In this document: positions 8,497 through 18,983 of the stretch, piece after piece | How the letters are laid out: each line of letters starts with the position of its first letter | Numbering within the stretch: the stretch's first letter is position 1 | Origin: Prevotella sp. | GTDB taxonomy: Bacteria > Bacteroidota > Bacteroidia > Bacteroidales > Bacteroidaceae | Length of the DNA stretch: 64,000 nucleotides | Direction of reading: 5' to 3' | NCBI GenBank assembly: GCA_013333935.1 | Contig: JABCNV010000002.1 | Coordinates: 48,060 to 112,059 of the forward strand | Program-made: the position numbers and the translations under genes | The notes under the pieces: model-generated | Seen by the model: only the letters and a program-made list of their open reading frames with translations | Database searches by the model: none | What the model was told of the DNA's origin: nothing

Positions 8497-9966
8497 TTAT
8501 CTTCTTATCAGGTTACGCCCTGCATCAATGCGAAGGAAAATGAAGAGCAGGATGGTAAATCCCCATAAGGAAGAACCGCCGTAACTGAAGAAAGGTAGCG
8601 GGATTCCGATGACTGGTGTTAATCCCAACACCATTCCCACATTAATAAACAGGTGGAAGAGGAAAATGCTTACCACGCAATAACCGTATATTCGCGAGAA
8701 TTTAAAGGGTTGCCGCTCGGCTAAATGGATGAGCCTTAGTATCAGGGCGAGGAACAACAGCAGCACACAGGCTGACCCTACAAAGCCTTCTTCCTCGCCG
8801 ACGGTGCAGAAAATAAAGTCGGTATCTTGCTCCGGCACAAACTTTAACTTGGTTTGAGTGCCGTTGAGAAAGCCCTTCCCCTGGAGACCTCCCGAGCCAA
8901 TGGCAATCTCACTCTGGTGTACGTTGTAGCCCGCTCCGGTGGGATCCTCGTCAAGTCCTAAAAGAACGTTGATTCGAACACGCTGGTGAGGCTCCATCAC
9001 ATCATTGAGAACATAGTCTGCGCTGTAAAAAAAGATGATGGAACCAATGGAGAAAAGCGCAATCATCAGGTAGCTTGTAAAGCGCGTTGACAGTCCCTGA
9101 AATACCAGATAGCCAATGAGAGCTGCGCAAAGAAAAAGCTGAACCCATACGATGTCAAAGTGAATGACATACTTTGAAAAGAGTAGGGAAAGCAGCGTTA
9201 TGCCAATGTAAAGGGCACCTATGCGCAGTGCTTTCACCTTGTCATGGATATAAGTATAAACCATTCCGATGGAGAATAGCTGTACCAACAGCAGAACGAC
9301 GAACTTTCCTACGGAGGTAGGTGTGCCCAAAAGGAGTACCTGCTCGTATTTGATGCCCACAACGAAGTAGATAATCATGGCTACTCCGGTGAAGAGTATG
9401 CTGCCTGGCATTCCCTCTCTGTAAAGCATTAGAAAGAAAGACAGGTATACAAGGGCCGACCCTGTTTCGCGTTGTCCGATAATCAAGAGGATAGGGAGGA
9501 AGATGATAGCCACAGCAGCCATGAAATGTTTGAGGTTAGCTATCGTAAATCCATATGTGCTCATGAGCTTCGCTACGGCTAACGCTGTGGCGAATTTGGC
9601 AAATTCGGCAGGCTGTAAGCGCAGTGGACCGAACACTAGCCATGAGCGTGAACCCTTGATTTCGTGCGGATTGAAGATTGTTACGAAAAGCAGAAGCATC
9701 AATGCAGCATAGATAACATAGGCGAAGGTGTCGTAAAAACGATCATCAAGCATAAGCAGGACGAAACCTAAAGCCAGTGATGTGCCAATCCATATAATCT
9801 GCATGCCCGAACGTGTGCTAAGGCTAAAGATATCGGTTTCGCCGTAAGTATAGCTTGCTCCGCACACACTTATCCAGCCAAATACGAGTAAAGCCAGGTA
9901 GATGCAGATGGTCCACCAATCGAGATTACGTAGTACACTGGACTGCTTATCGGTTTCTTGATCCAT
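8497..9966 (-). CDS. rodA: rod shape-determining protein RodA (FtsW/RodA/SpoVE family)
   Basis: Polytopic membrane protein with the SEDS family C-terminus (FIFCTVGEEEGFVG... GIPLPFFSYGGSSL). Confidence 0.85.
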   Translation of the reverse strand: MDQETDKQSSVLRNLDWWTICIYLALLVFGWISVCGASYTYGETDIFSLSTRSGMQIIWIGTSLALGFVLLMLDDRFYDTFAYVIYAALMLLLFVTIFNPHEIKGSRSWLVFGPLRLQPAEFAKFATALAVAKLMSTYGFTIANLKHFMAAVAIIFLPILLIIGQRETGSALVYLSFFLMLYREGMPGSILFTGVAMIIYFVVGIKYEQVLLLGTPTSVGKFVVLLLVQLFSIGMVYTYIHDKVKALRIGALYIGITLLSLLFSKYVIHFDIVWVQLFLCAALIGYLVFQGLSTRFTSYLMIALFSIGSIIFFYSADYVLNDVMEPHQRVRINVLLGLDEDPTGAGYNVHQSEIAIGSGGLQGKGFLNGTQTKLKFVPEQDTDFIFCTVGEEEGFVGSACVLLLFLALILRLIHLAERQPFKFSRIYGYCVVSIFLFHLFINVGMVLGLTPVIGIPLPFFSYGGSSLWGFTILLFIFLRIDAGRNLIRR

Positions 9967-11797
9967 ACGCTATTCTTCTATTCTGCAACTGTTCTGCCTC
10001 AAGAGCTCGGGCTGGAGACAGCTTTCCTTTTATATATTGTTCAAATAAGACACCGGCAATAGGCACTGCAAAGTCGGCGCCGAAACCGCCATTTTCGACA
10101 TATACCGCAATGGCAATCTTGGGATTGTCCATTGGAGCAAAGCCCATAAAGACGGAATGATCCTGTCCTCGGTTCTGCGCTGTTCCGGTTTTACCACATA
10201 TGGGGATGTCGAAACTGCGGAAATGCTTGCACGTCCCCCCTAAGGCAGACGAGCGCATACCGGCGATAATGTAGTTGTATGCGCGGCGACTGGCACGTGT
10301 ATAATGGCGTCGATAGTACATCGTATCAATGTCAGCGCCTTGAATATGCTTCACAACGTGGGGAATATAATAGTAGCCTCGATTGGCGATGGTTGCGCCA
10401 AGGTTTGCAATTTGCAATGGAGTGAGGTTAACTTCACCTTGCCCGATGCCGATGCTAATCACGGTAAGACCGTTCCATGAGCTATTATAAGCCTTGTCAT
10501 AAAAGCTGGCATTGGGTATCAAACCGCGCTTTTCACCCGGAAGATCAATGCCAAGTCTGTAGCCAAAACCCATGCTGACCATGTAGTTACGCCAGGTATT
10601 CATGGCTTCTTCCACGTTCTTGTACTTCCTTCTGTTACTTAGCATATAGTAGAGCCCCCAACAAAAGAAACCATTGCACGATGTACTGATGGCCGGAACA
10701 ATACTTAAAGGCGATGCGTGTCCATGGCATCCGACGTGCAGACCACGATAGTAAAAGCCGTGATGACAAGGGAATTGGGTGCCCGGCGTAATAATACCCT
10801 CGGTGAGAAAAGTAAGTCCTTGCGATGTCTTAAAGGTGGAACCGGGAGGGTATTGTCCCATAATCGACCGATTTAAAAGGGGCTTCCAGACATTATGTGA
10901 CAGCATTTTGTGGTACTTGCTACGATTGCGGCCCTCCAATAAACGGGGGTCATAGGTGGGCGATGACACCATACACAGAACCTGTCCGGTTTGTGGTTCA
11001 ATAGCAACTATGGCGCCGATTTTCCCTTCCAACAAGCGTTCTCCAAGGGCTTGCAGCCGGATGTCAATGCTCAATGTAAGGTTATGCCCGGGCTTTGGCT
11101 TGCGATCATATCGGCCATTTTGATATTTTCCCTGAATGCGTCCGTGGGCATCACGCAGCAAAATCTGCACTCCTTTCTCACCTCTCAGGTATTTTTCGTA
11201 GCTTCGCTCAACGCCAAGCTTCCCGATGTAGTCGCCAGGCTGATAATATTCGTCCTCATCAATGTCGCTCTGAGAAACCTCAGCCACCTCTCCCAACACG
11301 TGAGCGCCGTAGGGATATTGGTATTGCCGGATGCTTCTTTTTTGCATATAGAAGCCAGGAAAGCGAAACATCTTCTCACGAAACACACTGAAATTCTTGT
11401 CGTCTATCTGCGTCATGAAGAGCTGTTGCGTAAAGCGGGAGTATCCCGGATTCTTAGCAGGGTCCTTGATATCGTTCATGCGCTTGATAAAATAGTCTTT
11501 GGTGATGCCCAAAGTCTGGCAGAAGTCAAGCGTGTCAAGGTGCCCTTTCTCCTCGTTCATCACCACCATGATGTCGTAGGAAGGCTGGTTATAGACAAGC
11601 AATTTGCCGTTCCGGTCGCGTATAACGCCCCGGCTGGGATATTCAATTCGTTTGAGAAAGGCGTTCGAATCGGCACTCTTACGGTAGTCGTCGCTCATAA
11701 CCTGAAGCGTGAAAAGGCGTATGACATACACTGCCACAATGAAGATGGCTACTCCTCCAATGACGATCTTTCTGTTTTCAAGATTGAAATCCTTCAT
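9947..11797 (-). CDS. mrdA: penicillin-binding protein 2 (transpeptidase)
   Basis: N-terminal TM, then a PBP dimerisation domain and a transpeptidase domain (STFK, SCNG, KTGTA motifs). It overlaps the rodA start by 20 bp. Confidence 0.9.
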   Translation of the reverse strand: MKDFNLENRKIVIGGVAIFIVAVYVIRLFTLQVMSDDYRKSADSNAFLKRIEYPSRGVIRDRNGKLLVYNQPSYDIMVVMNEEKGHLDTLDFCQTLGITKDYFIKRMNDIKDPAKNPGYSRFTQQLFMTQIDDKNFSVFREKMFRFPGFYMQKRSIRQYQYPYGAHVLGEVAEVSQSDIDEDEYYQPGDYIGKLGVERSYEKYLRGEKGVQILLRDAHGRIQGKYQNGRYDRKPKPGHNLTLSIDIRLQALGERLLEGKIGAIVAIEPQTGQVLCMVSSPTYDPRLLEGRNRSKYHKMLSHNVWKPLLNRSIMGQYPPGSTFKTSQGLTFLTEGIITPGTQFPCHHGFYYRGLHVGCHGHASPLSIVPAISTSCNGFFCWGLYYMLSNRRKYKNVEEAMNTWRNYMVSMGFGYRLGIDLPGEKRGLIPNASFYDKAYNSSWNGLTVISIGIGQGEVNLTPLQIANLGATIANRGYYYIPHVVKHIQGADIDTMYYRRHYTRASRRAYNYIIAGMRSSALGGTCKHFRSFDIPICGKTGTAQNRGQDHSVFMGFAPMDNPKIAIAVYVENGGFGADFAVPIAGVLFEQYIKGKLSPARALEAEQLQNRRIAYGSRNR

Positions 11798-11853
11798 TCT
11801 GATGAAACAACTTGATGATCAATACTGTTTTAGAAGCATACCTGCAGGCCGTA

Positions 11854-12354
11854 TTATCTCTTTCTTAGGTTATCAATGACGACGATAAACAGCAAGGAAA
11901 GGAGTGTGCTGGTGAGGATATTGAGTATCCATTGCAGCCAATTGAAGAAAGTAAACATCTCTACAGTGAAGAAGACGATACAATAAATAAAGGTAAGCAA
12001 AAGCGAGAAGTAGATGTATTTACCCGCTCCCATAGAGTTGATGGAAGGCTGAAAGTCGTCCTCGCTGTCGCGTTGCATGAACAGTTCCAGCACATAAGGT
12101 TGCAGAAGACCGATGAGTGTCATGGCCGAGGCTGCCACACCGGGTGTGTTCGAAAAGGCATCAACGTTCAGCCCGAGCAGGAAACTCCATAACAAGATAC
12201 CCCATTTCGGATAGTTTCGCGGAAAGCTTACCACGAAATAAACATAGAGCAGGGGTGTGGCATAGCCAAAAAGATGGATATGATTGAGCACCAAAGCCTG
12301 TGCAAGCACCAGCACAGCATAAAGCAACAACCGTCTAAAGAATTCAGCATTCAT
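11854..12354 (-). CDS. mreD: rod shape-determining protein MreD
   Basis: 166-aa polytopic membrane protein lying between mreC and mrdA. Confidence 0.75.
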   Translation of the reverse strand: MNAEFFRRLLLYAVLVLAQALVLNHIHLFGYATPLLYVYFVVSFPRNYPKWGILLWSFLLGLNVDAFSNTPGVAASAMTLIGLLQPYVLELFMQRDSEDDFQPSINSMGAGKYIYFSLLLTFIYCIVFFTVEMFTFFNWLQWILNILTSTLLSLLFIVVIDNLRKR

Positions 12355-12418
12355 CTTTTACCCCCTTACTATTCTGATTTCACGATCTTCGGTCTTCTAT
12401 TTATGGACCATTCCACAA

Positions 12419-13282
12419 CTATTTATCCTTCAGCTTAAGAGAGTCTTGAGCTGCCCTCAATACATCAAGCCGTTCCAGCAACGACGTGTTATCAATAACA
12501 CAAACATTGCGCAGTGTACCAAAGTCGGTAGAGAGGACAATCTGCAATCTGTACGAAACGCCGTCGGCAGAATTGTACACATGCTGAATGCGTCCGACGA
12601 GAATCCCGGCTGGGAACACTGAGGAATATCCGCTTGTCTCTACATTTTCATACAAGCGGAAGTGCGCATGACGCGGAATATCGTCCACATAAGCTGTCTT
12701 TGTATCTCCTCCTGTCCAGCGCAGATAACCGAAATAGCCCCGTCCATGAATCGCACAGCTGATATTGGAAGCGGTATTTAACGTCGGAATTACGACAGAA
12801 TAATGATTCGACGTAAGATATACAATGCCTACAACGCCGTTGCCGCAGACCACTCCCATGTCCTTTCTCACCCCGTCTTCATACCCTTTGTCTATCGTGA
12901 TCAGGTTGTCATGACGGTTCAAGGTGCTGCTGACGACCTTTGCCGGAATAAGGCGATAGTCTTTCAAAAGCGCCATCTGGTCCCGCTTTGTCCATCCGCT
13001 GTCCTGCGTAATTTCGGTGATTTTGCCCGACAGTGCGCGCACCTGCTGCTCCAGATACAGGTTGCGTTGCGTGAGTTCTTCGTTGGCCTTGGTGAGTGAG
13101 AAGTATGATTCTATCTCCGCATCCCATGCAAGAATGCGCCCGTTGACGGCGTTGGCTGTTGAGAACCATACCGAACCCTGATAGCTGTTATATTGGAATA
13201 GCAGCACCAGTGAGGCGACCTCAAGAATGAGGAAAAGGAACCAGTGGTTATATTTTGCGAGAAATTCGAGGAGATTCCGCAT
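12419..13282 (-). CDS. mreC: rod shape-determining protein MreC
   Basis: N-terminal TM and coiled-coil followed by a beta-rich domain, in conserved synteny. Confidence 0.8.
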   Translation of the reverse strand: MRNLLEFLAKYNHWFLFLILEVASLVLLFQYNSYQGSVWFSTANAVNGRILAWDAEIESYFSLTKANEELTQRNLYLEQQVRALSGKITEITQDSGWTKRDQMALLKDYRLIPAKVVSSTLNRHDNLITIDKGYEDGVRKDMGVVCGNGVVGIVYLTSNHYSVVIPTLNTASNISCAIHGRGYFGYLRWTGGDTKTAYVDDIPRHAHFRLYENVETSGYSSVFPAGILVGRIQHVYNSADGVSYRLQIVLSTDFGTLRNVCVIDNTSLLERLDVLRAAQDSLKLKDK

Positions 13283-13347
13283 TATTTTATAGTAAAGGTG
13301 CAGGCTTTCGCACGTGTAAAAACGGTGAGAGCTTGCACCTTATAGGT

Positions 13348-14370
13348 TTATCGCATCAGGAAAGAGAAGCGGTTAACGTTCTTCAGTGCTATGCCGGCTC
13401 CTCTGGCTACGCTGTGAAGCGGGTCCTCTGCGATGTGGAACGGAATGTTGATTTTGTCCTGCAGACGCTTGTCAAGGCCGCGTAACAGGGCGCCGCCACC
13501 CGTAAGGTAGATGCCGTTTTTCACGATGTCGGCATACAACTCTGGTGGAGTGGCCTCCAAAGCTGACAATACTGCGTTCTCTATTTTTGCCACAGTCTTG
13601 TCCAGACAGTGCGCAATTTCCTGATAACATACGGGCACTTCCATCGGCAGTGCGGTGATGCGGTTCGGCCCGTGCACAATATAGTCTTCGGGAGCCTCGT
13701 CTCCAAGGTCGGTCAGTGCGGAGCCAACGTGTATCTTGATGCGCTCGGCCATACGCTCTGAAACCTTGACATTATGCTGCCGGCTCATGTATTCCTGTAT
13801 GTCGGCCGTCAGATCGTCACCGGCAATACGTATGGAATTGTTGCTGACAATGCCGCCCAGCGAAATCACTGCAATCTCGGTCGACCCGCCGCCAATGTCT
13901 ACAATCATATTCCCTTCGGGGGCTTCGACGTCAATTCCAATGCCGACGGCAGCGGCCATTGGCTCAAAAATGAGGTAAACATCGCGGCCATCGGCGTGCT
14001 CTGCCGAGTCGCGGACGGCGCGAAGCTCTACTTCTGTCGACCCCGAAGGGACGCCAATGACCATGCGCAGCGAGTGAGAGAAGAGATGACTACCCGAGTG
14101 TACCATCTTAATCAGCCCGCGCATCATCTGCTCGCAGGCCGTGAAGTCGGCAATAACACCGTCGCGCAACGGCCGGATGGTGCGTATATTGTCATGCGTC
14201 TTCTCATACATCATCTTGGCCTTCTCGCCAACGGCAATCATCTTGCCGGTGTTACGGTCGAGGGCTACAACCGAAGGCTCGTCAACAACTACCTTGTCAT
14301 CGCTGATGATAATAGTGTTGGCGGTTCCCAAGTCCATTGCTATTTCCTGAATGAATGAAAACATTCCCAT
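13348..14370 (-). CDS. mreB: rod shape-determining protein MreB
   Basis: MGMFSFIQEIAMDLGTANTII... is an actin-like ATPase of 340 aa. Confidence 0.9.
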   Translation of the reverse strand: MGMFSFIQEIAMDLGTANTIIISDDKVVVDEPSVVALDRNTGKMIAVGEKAKMMYEKTHDNIRTIRPLRDGVIADFTACEQMMRGLIKMVHSGSHLFSHSLRMVIGVPSGSTEVELRAVRDSAEHADGRDVYLIFEPMAAAVGIGIDVEAPEGNMIVDIGGGSTEIAVISLGGIVSNNSIRIAGDDLTADIQEYMSRQHNVKVSERMAERIKIHVGSALTDLGDEAPEDYIVHGPNRITALPMEVPVCYQEIAHCLDKTVAKIENAVLSALEATPPELYADIVKNGIYLTGGGALLRGLDKRLQDKINIPFHIAEDPLHSVARGAGIALKNVNRFSFLMR

Positions 14371-14404
14371 ATAAAAACTGTTTCTTGTATTGTTTGATTA
14401 TTGT

Positions 14405-15004
14405 TTACTTTATTCCCGCAAACCAGCTGTGGATAGCTGTATCGTAATGGCTGCTCACACCGAATGCGCGCTCGGCAAAGATACGGCGGTCCTCAATGTC
14501 GGTCTCTGCACCCTTTTTGTTCAGGATGTCGAGCAGCACGGGGTATTCGGCCTTGCTCGGCACAATCACCACATCCCTGAAGTTTTTGGCTCCCGCGCGG
14601 ATGAGAGAGATACCGCCAATGTCTATTTTCTCGATGATATCCTGCTCTGAAGCGCCGCTGGCTACTGTCTGTTCAAAAGGATAAAGGTCAACAATCACGA
14701 GGTCGATAGCGGGTATTTCATATTCCTTCATCTGCTCCTGGTCAGCCGTGTTGGCGCGACGGGCGAGTATTCCGCCGAATATTTTCGGATGCAGTGTCTT
14801 GACACGACCTCCCAATATCGACGGATAGGTGGTGACATCCTCTACCTTCTGACAGTCGTATCCCAGACTTTCTATGAACTTCTGCGTGCCTCCAGTGCTC
14901 AGGAATCTTACGCCTTCTTGATTCAATTTCGCGAGAATATCCTCAAGACCATCCTTGTGGAAGACAGAGATAAGCGCAGCCTTTATTTTTCGTGTTTCAG
15001 CCAT
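14405..15004 (-). CDS. purH: PurH N-terminal IMP cyclohydrolase (MGS-like) domain only. The ORF ends after 199 aa and the AICAR formyltransferase domain is absent.
   Basis: MAETRKIKAALISVFHKDGL... GGRVKTLHPKIFGGILARR matches the PurH N-domain. The TAA stop at 14405-14407 is followed 34 bp later by the mreB start, leaving no room for a C-terminal domain. Confidence 0.8.
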   Translation of the reverse strand: MAETRKIKAALISVFHKDGLEDILAKLNQEGVRFLSTGGTQKFIESLGYDCQKVEDVTTYPSILGGRVKTLHPKIFGGILARRANTADQEQMKEYEIPAIDLVIVDLYPFEQTVASGASEQDIIEKIDIGGISLIRAGAKNFRDVVIVPSKAEYPVLLDILNKKGAETDIEDRRIFAERAFGVSSHYDTAIHSWFAGIK

Positions 15005-15150
15005 ACTTGTGCGTTTACTTTACCTTGCAGTGTGCAAAGTTACGCCTTTTTTAATAAACAGGGCTATAATTAATATGGTTTTTAAGAGCCCGAAACGTTA
15101 AATAGTTACAAGCAGGGGAGGCCGTTAGGGCGTAATCAGCCTTTTTTTGT

Positions 15151-15158
15151 TATTTTTG
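15151..15158 (+). promoter_or_regulatory. putative -7 box TATTTTTG upstream of the secreted hypothetical gene
   Basis: gtTATTTTTGcatcataacattctgatggatATG. Confidence 0.4.
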
Positions 15159-15173
15159 CATCATAACATTCTG

Positions 15174-15728
15174 ATGGATATGAAAAGGTTATACTTCGTT
15201 CTCTTTTCCCTGTTGCTCCTCTCCGTCGCACCGCTGAGGGCGCAGAGGCACATCCTTGTCTTCGATGCCGAACTGCGCCGGCCCTTAAAAGGCGTCACGA
15301 TACGCATTGACGGGCAACGGACCGACACTACTAATTTGCTCGGCGAAGCCATTATTCCCGAACGCTTCGACACGCTTGTCGTCAGCAAGGCAGGATATAT
15401 TACGCTGACCATTCCGCAGAAATGGGTGGAGGATTCCATTCCCGTTATCAAAAAATTCAACGCTATTGACGAGGTCGTTGTGTACGGCGATGCATCGGAA
15501 AACCGCGAAAAGTGGGGCGTCCGATGGACGAAAGCCGACCGCATTGAGTATGAACTCCGCAATCCCATAACCGGCATCGACTTCAGTTTAGCCTCTTTGC
15601 TAAGTGCACGTGAGCGGCGGGAGAAGAAGCAGTTGCGCCGTTTGCGCAAGATGTTTAACCGTATGGACGCCAACAACAGCCGCCCCATCATTGGCGCTTA
15701 CCGCCGTGCCTTCAATAAGACACGCTAA
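15174..15728 (+). CDS. hypothetical secreted protein (possible carboxypeptidase-regulatory-like fold)
   Basis: ATG at 15174 or 15180 (MDMKRLYFVLFSLLLLSVAPLRAQ signal peptide). The track ORF begins at a TTG at 15147. A TATTTTTG -7 box lies just upstream. Confidence 0.55.
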   Translation: MDMKRLYFVLFSLLLLSVAPLRAQRHILVFDAELRRPLKGVTIRIDGQRTDTTNLLGEAIIPERFDTLVVSKAGYITLTIPQKWVEDSIPVIKKFNAIDEVVVYGDASENREKWGVRWTKADRIEYELRNPITGIDFSLASLLSARERREKKQLRRLRKMFNRMDANNSRPIIGAYRRAFNKTR

Positions 15729-16130
15729 AATCACGAATGCCTTTTGCCGGTGTGCTTTGTAAGACAGGGTAGGAGGAGGATTCCTTTGCAGTGAGAAAAG
15801 GCCGTTAACAACCGGTTTTGACTTGTAAAACAGGGGTGAAGGAGAAATTTTTCGCGGTGTTGAAATAACTTGACAAAGACCTTCCCATAACGGCGTTATT
15901 TCGAGCTCACTGCCCCCTTGCTTGCGTATGGCTCGAAAATGGAGGTGTTTGTAAATGTCTGATTATTAGCACTTTGTATTCTTGTGCGGCGTATTCTGTC
16001 TGCGATTACACCATTTTTCATATGCGTTTACGATGAAAAGGCAGGGATGTGACAATGAAAAAGCTTGTCATTGCTGCTGCGAAATTTCCAATCCTGCAAC
16101 GTTAGCCCATGCCCGTTGCATCATGGAACG

Positions 16131-16242
16131 GTTGCCTTTAGCCCGTAAACGCCTTGTGATTACGTCGTAAGGGCAGAACGATTATGGCGTAAAGACAATG
16201 CGATTACGACGTAAAGACAGCACCTCTACGCCGTAAAGGCAG
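16131..16242. repeat. repeat family A, copy 2 (about 4 degenerate ~22-bp tandem units, reverse orientation)
   Basis: gattacgtcgtaaggg / cgattatggcgtaaagac / gattacgacgtaaagac / ctacgccgtaaaggc. Confidence 0.7.
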
Positions 16243-16316
16243 CGGCCATATAATTTGCAGCCCCTTTTCAGCGCCTGCGAGGGCTATTATAATGGGTAAG
16301 AAGAAGATATAACCAA

Positions 16317-16360
16317 GGCAGCCATCCTCAACCGCAGAGGATGGCTGCCTGTTTGTCTTG
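16317..16360 (+). terminator. hairpin plus T-tract (terminator-like) at the end of a 680-bp gene-less region
   Basis: GGCAGCCATCCTC-aaccgcag-GAGGATGGCTGCC then TGTTTGTCTTG on the plus strand. Confidence 0.5.
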
Positions 16361-16410
16361 TGTCGGGAAGCGTTGTGCTTCACGACGGTTGGGTTCTGTC
16401 TGTTGGCGGT

Positions 16411-17745
16411 TTAAACCGGAATATCCTTGTTGACATTCTTTGAAAGGAACACGGCATAGCAGAACATGTAGGCCACGGCGAAGAATGGAACATAGTATGA
16501 AACCATGTAGCCAAAGGTGTCGGCAATATAGTTCTGGATAAGCGGGAGCACACCTCCGCCTACTACCATTGCCATGAAAATGCCGCTGGCCTGTTCGGTA
16601 TACTTGCCGAGGCCTTCGGTTGAGAGGTTGAAGATGCTGCTCCACATGACAGAAGTGCACAGTCCGCAGCAAACAAGCAGGATGGCACTAAGAGGCAGTG
16701 TAACCATCGTAAAGCTTGAACCGGTGAATACTGGGAACGAACTGGTGATGGTCTTGGGCAGGAAGATGGCAGTAATGATGAGCACAAGTGCTACTCCGGT
16801 AACGGTAATCATCATCTGGCGGCTTGATATCCTTGAGGCAATGAAGCTTGATACGAAGCGGCCTACCAGCATCAGGAACCAGTATGTACCGGCTGTGAAA
16901 CCGCCGATAATTGCGGCAGCTACCGTCGGGTTGAGTGTAAAGAGGCCGGCTCCCTTGTCAGTTATATCAGCGAGATAGAAGTTAAGTGTTCCCGGAATGC
17001 CCACTTCCACACCCACATACAGGAATATGGCAAAGGCGCCGAGCTTGAAATGGCGGAAGTTGAAGGGGCTATGTTCGTATACAGAATCCTTGGATGCACC
17101 GTTGTCGGGGTTGGCAATGGGAATAAAACTCAGGATAATGAAAGTGAGTGCAAATATGCCCATGGCAAGGAAAAGCACCTTATTGACGTTCGTGATGGCC
17201 GTATCCTTGGTTACTGTACCGATGAGTGCACCCACGAGCATTGGCGTAATGGTTCCCATCAGCGAGTTGAGCGAACCGCCGATAAGGCAGAGCTGGTTAC
17301 CTTTGTTGCCGCCGCCGCCGAGCAAGTTCAGCATGGGGTTTACCACGGTGTTGAGCATACAAACCGAAATACCTGCAACAAAAGCGCCAAGAAGGTAAAT
17401 AAAGAAGTTGCCCGGAAGATTGAAAATTACACTCTCGGTTAGCAGCTGGCCTGAAAGGAACTGAATAAACACGCCGAAGAAACCAAAGGCAATGGCGATG
17501 AGTGCGGTTTTTTTATAGCCCACTTTTGTCAAAAGCTTTCCTGAAGGAATGCCCATAAACAAGTAGGCAAGGAAGTTCATCATGTTGCCCATCATGCCAA
17601 GGGTATTGCTTCCTGCAAATTCAGGGCGGTTCTTCCAGATTACACCGATAGGTGCTGCAAGGTTAGTTACAAAGGCAATCATTCCGAAAAGGAATATCAT
17701 TGCCACAATCGCGATAGCGCGACCTTTTTGATTCGTGTTAGCCAT
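16411..17745 (-). CDS. MFS sugar transporter (FucP/GluP family)
   Basis: 444 aa with about 12 TM segments and FucP-like N-terminal motifs. Confidence 0.75.
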   Translation of the reverse strand: MANTNQKGRAIAIVAMIFLFGMIAFVTNLAAPIGVIWKNRPEFAGSNTLGMMGNMMNFLAYLFMGIPSGKLLTKVGYKKTALIAIAFGFFGVFIQFLSGQLLTESVIFNLPGNFFIYLLGAFVAGISVCMLNTVVNPMLNLLGGGGNKGNQLCLIGGSLNSLMGTITPMLVGALIGTVTKDTAITNVNKVLFLAMGIFALTFIILSFIPIANPDNGASKDSVYEHSPFNFRHFKLGAFAIFLYVGVEVGIPGTLNFYLADITDKGAGLFTLNPTVAAAIIGGFTAGTYWFLMLVGRFVSSFIASRISSRQMMITVTGVALVLIITAIFLPKTITSSFPVFTGSSFTMVTLPLSAILLVCCGLCTSVMWSSIFNLSTEGLGKYTEQASGIFMAMVVGGGVLPLIQNYIADTFGYMVSYYVPFFAVAYMFCYAVFLSKNVNKDIPV

Positions 17746-17840
17746 ATTTGTTTTTATTTAATAGGATTCGGTTTAAAAATCGGACGTAAAGGTAAGAAAA
17801 AAGAATTAAAAACCTATATACGATGTAACGTTTTTTTGCA

Positions 17841-18917
17841 TTATTCGGGGTCATTAGCCCCTGAAGCCATGATATTTCGCATCAAACCGTTGTATTTTAC
17901 GCGCTTGACGGCCGAGCCTTTAAACAGCCTTTGGTACTGCTCGATGGTGAGATGGTTCCACTTCTCGCGTGTCATCTCAAGCAGTTCCTCGCGTGGTTGC
18001 AGTTCGGGAACGTCGGTAGGGGTGGCAAATTTGTTCCACGGGCAGGCCTGCTGGCATCGGTCACAGCCATAGATTACGTTGCCCATGGCACGCCGTGCTT
18101 CCGTGCTGATGGTGCCTCGGTTCTCTATGGTCTGGTACGAAAGGCAGAGTTCGGCGTTGAATGGCTGTTGTTCTGTTGTGCCATTTGTCTGTTTTTCGGA
18201 GAGGGCGTGGGTGGGACAGGCGTCAATGCAGCGGCTGCACGTGCCGCAGCGGCTGGCTATGGGGCGGTCGTAGTCGAGCTCGAATGGCAGGAAAAGTTCC
18301 CCCAGGAAGAACATGCTACCCGCACGAGGGATAATCAACTGGCGGTTTTTGCCTATCCATCCCAGGCCCGCTTGCACGGCCCAATAGCGTTCAAGCACGG
18401 GCCCGCTGTCGACGAAAACGCAGAATGGCTCTTGAATTTCTTCAGCCTTTTGTTGATTTTGTGGTGCAGGAACGTCGTTGAGGACTGACTTTTCTTTTAA
18501 AAGGTCTCCGTCATTTTGTCCGGAATCCTCTTCAGAAAGGGCCTTTAGGCGTTTTCTTTCTTCCACGGCAAAGGCGCCGAGCTGCCGAAGTCGTAGCTTT
18601 ACCACGTCGTGATAGTCCTGCCCTAGGGCGTAAGCCGCAATCTGTGGCTGCCCATCAGGCAGGTGTCTGGATGGCGCATAGTTCATGGCTACACACACAA
18701 TCGAACGCAAACCACGCATGAGAAGCCGCGGGTCAAGCCGCTTGTCCAGATAGTTTCCCATCCATGCCATGTCGGCATTCATGCCTTTTTTGAGCCACGA
18801 ACGCAGGTTTTCCTCAACCGATGGCACCACACGGTCGGCCCGGGCAATGCCGCAAGCCGAGAAGCCGAGCCTGTGGGCTTCGGTCTTGATAAGGGCAGAG
18901 AGGGAAGGAGGAGACAT
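17841..18917 (-). CDS. queG: epoxyqueuosine reductase
   Basis: Trimmed to the ATG at 18917 (MSPPSLSALIKTEAHRLGFSACGIA). Two 4Fe-4S motifs, CGTCSRCIDACP and CDRCQQACP, are present. Confidence 0.8.
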   Translation of the reverse strand: MSPPSLSALIKTEAHRLGFSACGIARADRVVPSVEENLRSWLKKGMNADMAWMGNYLDKRLDPRLLMRGLRSIVCVAMNYAPSRHLPDGQPQIAAYALGQDYHDVVKLRLRQLGAFAVEERKRLKALSEEDSGQNDGDLLKEKSVLNDVPAPQNQQKAEEIQEPFCVFVDSGPVLERYWAVQAGLGWIGKNRQLIIPRAGSMFFLGELFLPFELDYDRPIASRCGTCSRCIDACPTHALSEKQTNGTTEQQPFNAELCLSYQTIENRGTISTEARRAMGNVIYGCDRCQQACPWNKFATPTDVPELQPREELLEMTREKWNHLTIEQYQRLFKGSAVKRVKYNGLMRNIMASGANDPE

Positions 18918-18983
18918 GAAAAGATTGATTAAAATTACGGGCAGAGCCTGGCTTTTGCCTTGACCCAAGGGGCAAAAGAGGAG

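Noticed and set aside
10991-11815. 274-aa plus-strand ORF
   Set aside because: It is antisense to mrdA (PBP2).
15161-15691. 176-aa minus-strand ORF
   Set aside because: It is antisense to the plus-strand gene, which has a convincing signal peptide and an upstream -7 box.
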